Positions 1-12,800 of a stretch of 64,000 nt of DNA are shown piece after piece. A model generated the notes under the pieces. The model made no database searches. It was not told the origin of the DNA and worked only from the letters and a program-made list of their open reading frames with translations. Source of the stretch: Yuukianura sp. NJ FZ-2021. Lineage: Eukaryota. Each line of letters opens with the position of its first letter. Position 1 is the first letter of the stretch. A program made the position numbers and the translations under genes. The stretch covers positions 7,254,001-7,318,000 of the forward strand of contig CM102287.1 of the NCBI GenBank assembly GCA_046563655.1, given 5' to 3'.

Positions 1-1410
1 GGGACTGGTTCGACATGGCTAACGGCATTTGTCGTTCGATCGTTTGTAGCTGCACAACCGCATATCACCGTTGGCCATACCGTTATTGGAACGGCGCTAC
101 GATTTTTGGCTTCTAAGCAACACGAAAACGGAAAATTTGTAGAAGCTGGTCGTCTTTTAAATTCTGGCATGAAAGGGGGCGCCAATGATGACTTCTCCTT
201 GACAGCCTATGTTCTGCTGGCCTTCTTGGAAGCTACCAAATCAAAGTTGGACTATCCAATGGTCAACTTTACTTCTGTTATTGACAGGGGGCTAAAGTAT
301 GTCTCAACGGCTTCACCAAAGTCCCTTGGAACCTACTCGCTGGCCCTTGTGACCTATGTCCTTCAAGCTGCCAACAGCAACCTAAAACCAATGTTCCAAA
401 ATCAGTTGGAGAAGTTGGCAACGCAGGAGGGCAGTTTGACCTATTGGGAACCTCCAAAGCACAACAGCGCATCTCAGCAGCCTGCTTGGGAACCATCGAC
501 CAAGCCACTCGCAGTGGAAATGACAGCTTATGCCCTTTTGACCTACTTAAAAGATGGCGCTCTAGACAAAGCCATGAAGATTGGCAAGTGGCTTCTGGGT
601 CAACGAAATGCTGAAGGTGGATTTATATCTACGCAAGACACGGTAGTTGGACTCGATGCTCTAGGAAAGTTTGCATTAGCGACGTTTTCTAGCGATGTTG
701 ACATGGAAATTTCAGCAGGTCAAACCAGCTTTAAGGTCAAGAATGACAATGTTATGGTGCTTCAGGAAGCAATTCTACCGAATTCGACGACAAGTGTGAC
801 ATTTGAAGCGACGGGAAAGGGGACAGCTCTCGTCCAGCTGAGCTGGTCATACTATGTCGAAACCGCGTCTGCCAAGCCAGCGTTTGCTATCGAGGTCAAG
901 GTCAGCCAAGTCAACTTTTAACTATAGTCTGCTATTATTAGTTAGTGTAACAATTGACCACGAGATATTTTGTTTCAGGTTGCGGAAGGCCATGGCAAGG
1001 GCAACTTGAACTTGAATCTTTGCGCCAGGTATGCTCCAGCTGACGACAACAGTGGTGAGTCTAACATGGCTGTCATGGAAGTGAACCTACCGTCAGGTTA
1101 TGCGTTTGAGAGGGAGGAGCTATCGGAGGTAGAAGTTTCCCCAGGGGTCAAACGAATTGACCTTGAAGAGGGCGCCACCAGGCTCAACATATACTTTGAC
1201 TATCTGGATTCCAACAAACGTTGCGTTGAAGTTCCAGCTGACAGAGTTTTCAAAGTGGCTGATCCTGCACCATCATACGTTTCCGTGTACGACTACTACG
1301 ATCCAACGAGGCATGCGCGGGCGTTTTACACTCCACCGGGACTGTCTGCTAGCCAAATCACGTGCAGCTCAAAAGATGGCGCTTCTACAGACAACTGTGA
1401 CAACGAATAA
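1..1410 (+). CDS. TEP: Thioester-containing protein (TEP/CD109/alpha-2-macroglobulin family), 3' part; exons <1-900 and 979-1410
   Basis: Frame 1 reads GSTWLTAFV, LTAYVL, VEMTAYALL, GGFISTQDTVVGL, then SNMAVMEVNLPSGY and VYDYYDP of the receptor-binding domain. GT..AG intron at 901-978. The thioester motif would lie upstream of the window. Confidence 0.93.
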
Positions 1411-1989
1411 TTAAAAAAATACCTACTATGTCAAATTGTAGCGAAGAGTTAGCTTAGCTCAAGACTTATTCTGATTTCACTTTTATTCAATTACATTGTA
1501 CAATTATAACAATTTATGTAAATTTATTACATTTGTACATAAATCCCTTGTATCTGTACAATAAAATTATTGTCAGATGAAAAAGAGGTCACAGGTTAAC
1601 ACTCACAAATAATTGTCAAAACGGAAGCTTTTTGTGGTGTTTGAAAAATACTTTTTCGCTTGTTACAGATCAGCTCCAACGGCCAAGGTCACAAAGTAAT
1701 CATGACTCAAAGATAACTCTGTAGCAGAATACAAAACAGATACGAAGCTAAAATTAGAGAGAGAAAGCGAATGAAAACCGAACAAGGCAACGGTCACTCA
1801 CAACGCAGAGTGAATTTTTCCAGCAAAGGAAAACTTTTCGTTGTCTTTCTCCTCATCGCATCAGATGTGAAAGTTGCCTTATTCCTGTCCAGCATCAAGA
1901 AGAGAAAGTAAAAACAGAAATTGGATTTTAGAAATAGTACGTAGTATTTTAAATTCGTTTCGTCGTCTGTCATTGAGTGAAGAAAATCA

Positions 1990-3730
1990 ATGGGAAACTG
2001 GTAAACCCAAGCAATAAGAGTCATAGCTTTCAAAATTTCAATTTTCAGTTGCAGCAATTTTTATTCTTCTTTTCAGTATAAGTTGTAGTTCCTCGACTAC
2101 TACGGTTCCACCGGAAGTAGATTTGGCCTTGTCTATTCAACTGGTACTTATTCACTTGATTCGGATGTGTTAATTGCCTTTGACACAACATTTGATGTTG
2201 ACCTTGATCTTGAATTCCCACCGTTAGATTCATGCTAAAGTACTCGGATTTCTAAGTGTCAAGGACCTAAAAACATGTCGGCTCGTCAGTTGTCCTTGGA
2301 ATCACATTGCCACGCCGATCATTCACGAGCGTTCCCGACTTTCGTTTCGTATCGACGTGGGTACGTCGTCTGCCTCCTTCAACAGAAACCCATCTGTAAT
2401 CGTTTATCCAGAAGAACCGATGAATAAATGTGTCTCTGGTGGAATTGAAGCAATTCTTTCTCGTGGTAAACCACCACGTAACATCCAGAACCTAAAGTTC
2501 TGGATTGTTAACACGACATGGCCTACACACTTTCCTGAGTTCAACAACATAAATGATAGTATACTAGAACTGTGTAAATATTACTGGAATTCACTGAAGG
2601 AGTTGGAGTACATCTTGCCAGTCAATCATGGTGACTATTCGTCCTGTCACTTGGAAACTCTGAAGCGTATGCTACCAAAATTCACGGAGTTGAAGAAATT
2701 AAAACTAGTCATGACGTTTCGGCAGTATTTGCACCTCCATAAAGGCCTATTCCCTGACGAGGCAACTACAGTGGAGCAGCTCATACTACAAATCGAAACG
2801 AACTGGTTAGATGTATCCGGAGATCACGATTACTGGAACAACCCCGACCTTCTAGTTGGACGTGCTGTTGTGATTGATTTGATTTCAAAAGATTGTTCCA
2901 GACTTCCTCAAGCCTTTCCATGCCTAAGGACTTTAGTCTTCGAACGAACTGCACACCCCATCCTCGTTGGATATTTTCGGACAGCCATTTTGGAAAATGA
3001 AGCGAACCGGCCAGGCTTAAATCACTTGACGACAATTGAAATACGAAGTGATTTTGAATCTTGGAATATTTCACCAGTTTTGAATCTAAAGGCTTGGAAT
3101 CTAACGGGCCTGTCCATTGGATTTACAGAAAAACTAATCATAAAGCAGCAAAATGACGATTGGTACGAATTGATCAAGGCCTATGAAGATCTCCTGTGGA
3201 GTCAAAAGTCAACTCTGACCAATTTCACATTGAGGACAGCGTCAGTGACGGAGGATTACTTCGTTGGTCCATTGATGTCAACTGACCTCACTATTCCGAT
3301 CATGCCTCGACTTAAAACGCTTAATCTAATTCATAAATTGTCGTCACGGAACAGTGGACCACTAAGGTGCAACTTCAACTTCAAGTTTCCAACTGTTGAT
3401 GGACCTTGCAGGGAAGTCAGCGGCACTTACTTTGACTATTCAAGCCAGTTTCCAGAGCTGAACAAGTTCAGTTTCGAAGGCTACAATCCAAATCCTTGTG
3501 ACCTAGAATTCAAACAGACTTCCAGAAGTGCCTTCCAACAAATTCGGCCTGCTTTGGACATGCTCGTGCCAACGAATCAGCTTCATCCCGTCAAATGTAC
3601 AACGCTTCGCTACATTGATGCTGATTTCGAAATCGCTGTTCTGATGGAATATTTTGGAAATGTCGTCAACTTCTTCCCAAATGTCCACAACCCCATTTTT
3701 AATGCTATCAGAGCGAAAAAACCTTTGTAA
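1990..3730 (+). CDS. F-box protein with LRR-like C-terminal region; exons 1990-2000, 2077-2143, 2228-3730
   Basis: Manual splicing gives MGNCISCSSSTTTVPPEVDLALSIQLIHAKVLGFLSVKDLKTCRLVSCPWNHIA (F-box consensus), in frame with the 457-aa ORF containing LxxLxL repeats. The same exon sizes (11 nt, 67 nt) recur in the paralog. Confidence 0.8.
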
Positions 3731-4456
3731 ACAGCTATGAGCTTATTTTTATTTATATTTATTTTAAATTTATTTAGCTATTTATAGCTATTTATTTTTA
3801 TTATTTAAATATTACATTTAGTATGCTTCACACGAAAGCCAAAATCGAAGACAAATTTTAATTCTCGAGAAACAAGATGCTATGTCGCATGTGATATCCG
3901 TATCGGATCATGTCATTTCCTTAAATTGATTTTGATTGGGCGCCGTCGTTGTCTTGTTGGCACACTTAAAATTAAACCAAAGAAATGAAAATGTTGAAAT
4001 TATTGTTGTTCTTTGTGCAATTCAGTCAAAGTAACAATTTCTAAAGTAATATCAACCACAATGTTAGCTTAAATGACGTCAATCGTCATGTGCATGCTCA
4101 TCTTCTTCATTACAATTTCATATTCGGTATCAATGGAAAAAAGGTGTGTACTTGTTTTAGCTTAGATTAGCAACTTCAAATGTGAAGGTCACGGACCACA
4201 AAACCTTACTCCGCAACAGAGTACAAAAAAGATCTGAAGCTAAAATTAGAGAAAAAAAGAGAATAAACCGAAAGAGCCTAGGGTCCAACTCGGATGTATT
4301 TTTTCAGACAAGTAAGATTTTTCGGTGCCTTTCTCCGAATTTGCTGTGTAGTTTCTGTTGCTCTCAGCAGCATCATAAGAGGAGAGAGAAAGTATATTAA
4401 ACTTTACATTAAATAATTTAAACACGCCGTCGGCATCTGTCCTCAATTGATAAACA

Positions 4457-6050
4457 ATGGGAAACTGGTAAGTTATGTAAGTTAGGAAATATCATTTCAA
4501 AATTTCAATTTTCAATTCTAACAATTTTTCTTCGTTTTTCTTTTTCAGCGTGATGTGTAGTTTCTCGGCAACTACACTTCCCCCGGAAGTGGATTTGGCC
4601 TTGTCTATTCAACTGGTACTAAATGTGAAATTGTTTTGGATTTGTTAATTGCCTTTGTCGCAGCATCTGATCTGGACCATGACTTTGTTTTTCTGCCGTT
4701 AGATCCATGCCAAAGTACTCGGATTCCTGAGTGTCGAGGACCTAAAAGCATGTCGGCTCGTCAGCGGTTCTTGGAGCGACATTGCTACACCGATCTTTCA
4801 CGAACGTTCCCGACTTTCCTTCCGTATTGACACGAGGAAGCCTTCTTATGTAAAAGCTCATCCAGAAGAAGCGACAAACAAATGTGTCTCTGGTGGAATT
4901 GAAACAATTCTTTCTCGTGGTAAACCACCACGTAACATCCAGAACTTGAAGTTCTGGATAGTTAATGACGAGTATCCAGGCTATTATTTTCCTAACTTCT
5001 ACAACGTGAACGCCAGTATACTAGAGTTGTGTAAATACTACTGGAAATCACTGCAGGAGTTGGAGTACATCTTGCCAGTCAATGACGGTGGCTATTCGGC
5101 ATGTCACTTGCTAACGCTGAAGCGTATCCTACCAAAATTTTCACGGTTGAAGAAACTAAAACTAGTGATGACCTTTGGGCAGTGCTTGACTATTGATGAA
5201 GGCTTATTCCCTGACCAGCCCACTACGGTACAACAACTCATACTACAAATCGAATCTAACTGGGTAGGTCCGGCTGCATATTACTGGAGCGATCCAGACA
5301 ATCTAGTTGAATTTAGGACTGCGTTGGACATAGTTTCGAAGGATTGTGCAAACTTTCCTACAGGATTTCCATGTCTAAGGACTTTAATCTTCGAACGATC
5401 TGCCCACCCTCTCCATGTTGGATTGTTTCGGCAAGCCATTTTGGAAAATGAAGCAACTCGGTCAAACTTAAAGTACTTAACGAGAGTTGAAATACGAACT
5501 GATTATGAATCTTGGAAAGCTTCATCAGTATTGCAACTGAAGATTTGGAACCTAGCGGGCCTTTCCATTCGAATTGCAGAATCGTTCATGGAGAATCATA
5601 TAGAGAATTGGTTCGACTTGACCAAGACCGATGACAAACTTTTGTGGAAGCAAAGGTCAGCTCTGACCAGCTTCACTTTGAGAACGTCATCAGTGAGGGA
5701 AGATTTCCTTAGTCCGCTTATGCCGACTGACCTCATCATTCCGAGAATGAATCCGCTTAACCTGAATATTATTTGTAATTTGTCCCGAAGCGAAGTGGAC
5801 ACTGAAAAAGATACAACTTCAATTTTAAGTTTTCAACTGTTTGTGGGTTACTCAAGGAAGACAATGACGCTTCGACTACTCAAACCAGATTCCTGAACTA
5901 GTTGAGTTTAGAAGCCGATAGTCCAAACCCTCGTGACCTCGAATTCGAATAGACTTCCACAGAACTGCTTTTCTACAAACTCCCCCTGCGTTGGACATGC
6001 TCGTGTCAACGACTGCAGCTTCATCCTGTCAAATGTGCAACGCTTCGCTA
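4457..6050 (+). pseudogene. Tandem F-box paralog, frameshifted and interrupted at its 3' end; exons 4457-4467, 4549-4615, 4703-
   Basis: MGNCVMCSFS...IHAKVLGFLSVEDLKACRLVSGSW aligns with copy 1. After ~5780 homology continues out of frame (NFNFKF, FDYS, PNPRDLEFE-stop, HPVKCATLRY) and is cut at 6051 by an inverted-repeat element. It could still make a truncated protein ending at 5896. Confidence 0.72.
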
Positions 6051-6532
6051 CAGGAAAAAAAATTACTTTCAGTGGTTACTGGAAGTAAACCTAATCACTT
6101 TTTTTTAATAAGTAAATACCCTATGACACCTCTTGACTATGAAAAAAAAATTTTATGACTCGCTCTCAAGAATTTAGAATTTTTTACAAAACTTTGAAAA
6201 TGGGAAATTCCCCATAAGGACACATGTTAACTCTTTTTTTTTTTAAATAAAAAATCCCAGTTTTCGAAACTTTAACCAAATCTAACCTATACTCTATAAC
6301 AACATTATGCTTTTTAAAAACCTAACGTAATAAAATATAAGCAAAAACTTATTTTGAGGAAAAATTAACACGTGAGTGTTATGGGAAATTTCAATTTTCA
6401 AAAATTTATAAAAATTTCGAAATTTTTGAGACCTAGTCAAAAAGAAAATATGTTTCCATTTTCATGGGGTCATATAGGGCTGTTTGTCAAATCTGAAGAA
6501 AATACGGGTTACCCACTGAAAGTAAAGTTTTA
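6051..6532. mobile_element. Degenerate MITE/foldback element
   Basis: Imperfect inverted arms: ttactttcagtgg (~6063) vs ccactgaaagtaa (~6513), and ctctcaagaatttagaatttttacaaaactttgaaaatgggaaattccccataa vs its near reverse complement at ~6380-6432. F-box homology resumes after it. No TSD found. Confidence 0.65.
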
Positions 6533-6844
6533 CCACTCCATTTTCAATACAATCAAAAAAGCCTTTGCAAACAGCGTTCTATTTTTATTGTTCAAATATT
6601 ATATTCATAATAAATACGTTACGACAGACAAACCAAAAGGTGAATTTTATTTTTAATTCTCTGAGGGACAAGATCGCGTTTGATTTCTGTACCGGGCCAT
6701 GGCATTTTTTTAAAATTGATATTGACTGGGAGACGTCGATGTTTGGTAGGCATATTTAAAATTAAACTAAACAATGAAAACGATGAACGTGTTTTTTTTG
6801 CTCAATTTATTCAAAGTTACAATTTCTACTCCAATATCGGACAA

Positions 6845-9800
6845 ATGATGGCTCAAATGACGTCAATAAAAGAGTCATGCGCAGGCGCACTTCTTCTTGT
6901 GTCTTCTTCATTACTGTTTCACTTTACCAATTCGATGCCAATGGGAAAGAACAGAGAACACTGGAAGTTCCCAATAGTTGATTTGGAAATTACAAAACTA
7001 AGGTATGAACGAAACGCGATTCCGGACTTTGACTTCATCATGGTGGATTCTCACGTGGGACACAAATGGAGTGATCTTCCTTCTGTCAAAAGTGGACCAA
7101 AAATATGGACAGATGAAGAAATGGAGGATAAGTGTGGACCATCTCTGACTCTGCCGCTACTCAAACTAGGATATGAGCCGGCCGTTCTTTGTTTCCGGAA
7201 AGACGAACTTAGCAAAAACGATTTGTATCCGGTAAGTTTATGAATGGAAAACAAATGACCAGCACAACCGTGTTGTACCATATGTAAAATTGTCTTGTTT
7301 TAATATTGCGCAGGGATTCAGTATTGCTTTTGATGGCAAAACTTATTCGGGAGACGCCGCGTTAGAGCTGGATCGATCTTCGCAACCAGTAACTGGATAT
7401 GTCATGGGCGAAATCAATTCTAGAGTGGAAGGTTACTTCGTCAATCAGTAAGGCACCAAGACTTTCAAAAATTTTGAAATTTTTCTACAATTTAAACCCA
7501 ACAATTTTTTTGTTTGCGTTGTGTCAAAAAAGCAATTGAATTTTGGAATAACACGGAATACTCTTGAATGTGAAACATTTTTTCAGAACGTTCTACGGAA
7601 TAATCAACGTATTTTATCAAATCGGAGCGTACAACCTACACTTCCACGTGGAACCGCATCAAAATACTCATCTCGTAAGAATTTTATATGAGTCTTGGAA
7701 GATTTCGTACTTTCGAAATTCCGAATTTTAATACTACTCTTTTGTGATTCAGTACAAGCGTGGGCTGCATATCAAACCCAATGGGAAAAAAGATTCAATA
7801 ATGTTTGAGTATGTGCCGCATTCGGACATAACATTTAACGAGCTGTACCCACCAGAACCAACAACTACGACAAAACCACCCCCAACAACAACAACAACAA
7901 AAGCAACGACGACGACGACAACAACAACAACAACGACGACGACTACTACTACTACTACTACAACGACGACTACTACAACAACTCCAAAAACTACTGAACC
8001 AGCCACGGAAATGTTAATATCAACTGAATTAGTCACTGAATTTATAGTTTCAAGTCCACAACCTACGCAAATGTTAACATCTACTGAGGCAGTAACAGAA
8101 TTAATTGTGTCCAGCGAACACCCTACACAAATGTTGACTTCGACGGAAGCCGTAACAGAGCTTATTGTGTCCAGCGAACAGCCGACGCAAATGTTGACTT
8201 CAACCGAAGCAGTAACGGAGTTCATTATATCCAGCGAACAGCCGACGCAAATGTTGACTTCAACTGAAGCTGTGACGGAGTTCATTATATCCAGCGAACA
8301 GCCGACGCAAATGTTGACTTCAACTGAAGCAGTAACAGAATTCATTGTATCCAGCGAACAGCCGACGCAAATGTTGACTTCAACTGAAGCAGTAACGGAG
8401 TTCATTATATCCAGCGAACAGCCGACGCAAATGTTGACTTCAACCGAAGCAGTAACGGAGTTCATTATATCCAGCGAACAGCCGACGCAAATGTTGACTT
8501 CAACTGAAGCAGTAACGGAGTTCATTATATCCAGCGAACAGCCGACGCAAATGTTGACTTCAACTGAAGCTGTGACGGAGTTCATTATATCCAGCGAACA
8601 GCCGACGCAAATGTTGACTTCAACTGAAGCAGTAACGGAGTTCATTGTATCCAGCGAACAGCCGACGCAAATGTTGACTTCAACTGAAGCAGTAACAGAA
8701 TTCATTGTATCCAGCGAACAGCCGACGCAAATGTTGACTTCAACTGAAGCAGTAACAGAATTCATTGTATCCAGCGAACAGCCGACGCAAATGTTGACTT
8801 CAACCGAAGCAGTAACGGAATTCATTGTATCCAGCGAACAGCCGACGCAAATGTTGACTTCAACTGAAGCTGTGACGGAGTTCATTATATCCAGCGAACA
8901 GCCGACGCAAATGTTGACTTCAACTGAAGCTGTGACGGAGTTCATTATATCCAGCGAACAGCCGACGCAAATGTTGACTTCAACTGATGCCATCACGGAA
9001 TTGATTGTATCCAGCGAACAGCCGACGCAAATGTTGACTTCAACTGAAGCTGTGACGGAGTTCATTATATCCAGCGAACAGCCGACGCAAATGTTGACTT
9101 CAACTGAAGCAGTAACAGAATTCATTGTATCCAGCGAACAGCCGACGCAAATGTTGACTTCAACCGAAGCAGTAACGGAGTTCATTGTATCCAGCGAACA
9201 GCCGACGCAAATGTTGACTTCAACCGAAGCAGTAACGGAATTCATTGTATCCAGCGAACAGCCGACGCAAATGTTGACTTCAACTGAAGCAGTAACGGAG
9301 TTTATTGTATCCAGCGAACAGCCGACGCAAATGTTGACTTCGACCGAAGCAGTAACGGAGCTCATTATATCCAGCGAACAGCCGACGCAAATGTTGACTT
9401 CAACTGAAGCTGTGACGGAGTTCATTATATCCAGCGAACAGCCGACGCAAATGTTGACTTCAACTGAAGCTGTGACGGAGTTCATTATATCCAGCGAACA
9501 GCCGACGCAAATGTTGACTTCAACTGAAGCAGTAACGGAGTTTATTGTATCTAGCGAACAGCCCACGCAAATGCTGACTTCAACTGAAGCCGTGACGGAG
9601 TTTATTGTGTCAAGCGAACAGCCCACACAAATGTTGACTTCAACGGAAGCAGTAACGGAGTTTATTGTATCTAGCGAACAGCCCACGCAAATGCTGACTT
9701 CAACTGAAGCCGTGACGGAGTTTATTGTGTCAAGCGAACAGCCCACACAAATGTTGACTTCAACGGAAGCAGTAACGGAGTTCATTGTATCCAGCGAACA

Positions 9801-12800
9801 GCCGACGCAAATGTTGACTTCAACGGAAGCCGTAACGGAACTGATTGTTTCTAGCGAGCAGCCGACCGAAATCATAACCTCAACTGAAGCCACTACTGAG
9901 ATTCTCACGAGCAGCAGTGAAATGCCTCCAAGCACAGAACTCCTCAGTAGTACCACTGAACCTCCACCAAGCACAGAGCTTCTAAGCAGCACCAGCGAAT
10001 TGTATCCGACTACCGAAATCTTGAGCAGTACCAGCGAACTGCCACCAACTACCGAAATCTTGAGCAGCACCAGCGAACTGCCACCAACTACCGAAATCTT
10101 GAGCAGCACCAGCGAACTGCCACCAACTACCGAAATCTTGAGCAGCACCAGCGAACTGCCACCAACTACCGAAATCTTGAGCAGCACCAGCGAACTGCCA
10201 CCAACTACCGAAATCTTGAGCAGCACCAGCGAACTGCCACCAACTACCGAAATCTTGAGCAGCACCAGCGAACTGCCACCAACTACCGAAATCCTGAGCA
10301 GCACCAGCGAGCTGCCACCTACTACTGAAATTCTGAGTAGCACTAGCGAGCTGCCACCTACTACTGAAATTCTGAGCAGCACTAGCGAGCTGCCACCTAC
10401 TACCGAAATTCTGAGCAGCACCAGCGAACTGCCACCTACTACCGAAATCTTGAGCAGCACCAGCGAACTGCCACCAACTACCGAAATCTTGAGCAGCACC
10501 AGCGAACTGCCACCAACTACCGAAATCTTGAGCAGCACCAGTGAACTGCCACCTACTACCGAAATCCTGAGTAGCACCAGCGAGCTGCCACCTACTACTG
10601 AAATTCTGAGTAGCACTAGCGAACTGCCACCTACTACTGAAATTCTGAGCAGCACCAGCGAACTGCCACCTACTACCGAAATCTTGAGCAGCACCAGCGA
10701 ACTGCCACCTACTACCGAAATCTTGAGCAGTACCAGCGAATTGCCACCAACTACCGAAATGTTGAGCAGCACCAGCGAACTGCCACCAACTACCGAAATC
10801 TTGAGCAGCACCAGCGAACTGCCACCTACTACCGAAATCCTGAGCAGCACCAGCGAACTGCCACCTACTACCGAAATCCTGAGTAGCACCAGCGAGCTGC
10901 CACCTACTACTGAAATTCTGAGTAGCACTAGCGAGCTGCCACCTACTACTGAAATTCTGAGTAGCACTAGCGAGCTGCCACCTACTACTGAAATTCTGAG
11001 TAGCACTAGCGAACTGCCACCTACTACCGAAATCCTGAGCAGCACCAGCGAACTGCCACCCAGTACCGAACTCTTGAGCAGTACCAGTGAACGGCCTCCC
11101 AGTACTGAACTTCTGAGTAGTACAACTGAAGGTCCACCAAGCACAGAAATGTTCAGCAGTACCAGTGAAGGTCCCCGAAGTACTGAAATGTTAAGCAGCA
11201 CTAGTGAAGCACAACCTAGTACCATATTCCTTAGCAGCACCAGCGAGGCCCCCGACGTTACCCAGCTTCTAAGTAGTACGAGTGAGCTACCCGAATCAAC
11301 AGAACTGCTGACCAGTACCAACGAACCTCCAGAAATCACAGAACTACTCAGCAGCACCAGTGAATATAAATCTGGGCGGCTAAAATCAACTCCTGTAAGC
11401 CAGAATGCAACTACGCCGCCCTCTCTCGAGCAGAGAAAAAGTGGTCTATACACATCAACGCCGTTTGCGCTTCCCGACGAATACTTTGATGAGGATGATG
11501 ATCCACTTCCAAAACCTACGGTCACCAAACCGCCGGGTCTTACCAAATCCACGCGGGGAGTAAACGACCCTGATTCGGATGAACTCTTTGCGAAAACCAC
11601 ACCGGATACAAACGCTGCACCCACCAAAGCACCGGGTCGCGCCACATCCACGCGGGGAGCAAACGACCCTGATTCGGATGAACTCTTTGAAGAAACCACA
11701 CCGGGTACAAAACTTGCACCCACCAAACCACCGGGTCGCGCCACATCCACGCGGGGAGCAAACGACCCTGATTCGGATGAACTCTTTGAAGAAACCACAC
11801 CGGGTACAAAACTTGCACCCACCAAACCACCGGGTCGCGCCACATCCACGCGGGGAGCAAACGACCCTGATTCGGATGAACTCTTTGAAGAAACCACACC
11901 GGGTACAAAACTTGCACCCACCAAACCACCGGGTCGCGCCACATCCACGCGGGGAGCAAACGACCCTCGTTCGGATGAACTCTTTGAAGAAACCACACCG
12001 GGTACAAAACTTGCAAACAGCAACCCACCAGGTCGCGCCACATCCACGCGGGGAGCAAACGACCCTGATTCGGATGAACTCATTGTAGTTGTCGATGGTG
12101 ATGTGGACAATCAACAACCAGTTCCACCTAAAAATATAGAGAAGGGATCTTCGACGGAAGGTATTAGGGTGCCAGGCGATGACGAATTTCATGATGGTGA
12201 AGTTGATCCGCAGCCACGAATTCGAAAGCGTCGAGTTCCCGTCAAACTAATTTTGAAGCATCAAACCCCCGAGGAGGTCATCCCAGCTCCGCCGATATTG
12301 AACGAGTACTACTTGCGCAAGCGCAGGTCGCTTTTCTCGTCTTCCGATGAAGATAGCGAAGAAAAAAAGAAGAGAAATGAAGATATCCCAGAAGATGCCG
12401 TAAGAGAACAATGATTCTTCACAGTTTTGATAAATATACTTTTCAAATTTTGAAAAAAAAAACCTCAAGACTTTGATTTTGTTCCATAGTTGTTTGATGC
12501 TGGATTTGCTGGAAGTGGACGACAGCAAACAATATTCGACGTTAGAATGTGTGTTGCTTTTAGTATTGTGCAGTTTTGCGTATTCTTGAAACGTATTTCA
12601 ATTCGATTCGAAATTTTTATTTTTTATATTTTCGAAGGGGTGGGCTTCATACCTGCGCAATTGATGTCCTGATTGATCCGAATTTTGCGTTTAATTTTGG
12701 ATTTGATACGGATGATAAAAAGTACGCAGTAAGTCAAGTTATTCGTCAAATCTTGCGTCTCAACTGGGCTGCACGTTCTGCACCTTTACATGGCGGGAAG

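Noticed and set aside
2225..2227. In-frame TAG just before the F-box, suggesting a pseudogene or readthrough
   Set aside because: It is the 3' splice acceptor, conserved at the same position in the paralog (4700-4702).
8000..12082. Regular repeats as a possible CRISPR array
   Set aside because: Head-to-tail coding repeats with no unique spacers and no cas genes, in a eukaryotic context.
7749..12192. 1453-aa antisense ORF and other long alternative-frame ORFs over the mucin exon
   Set aside because: Shadows of stop-free tandem repeats. The plus frame is the one that splices into the ADAM gene.
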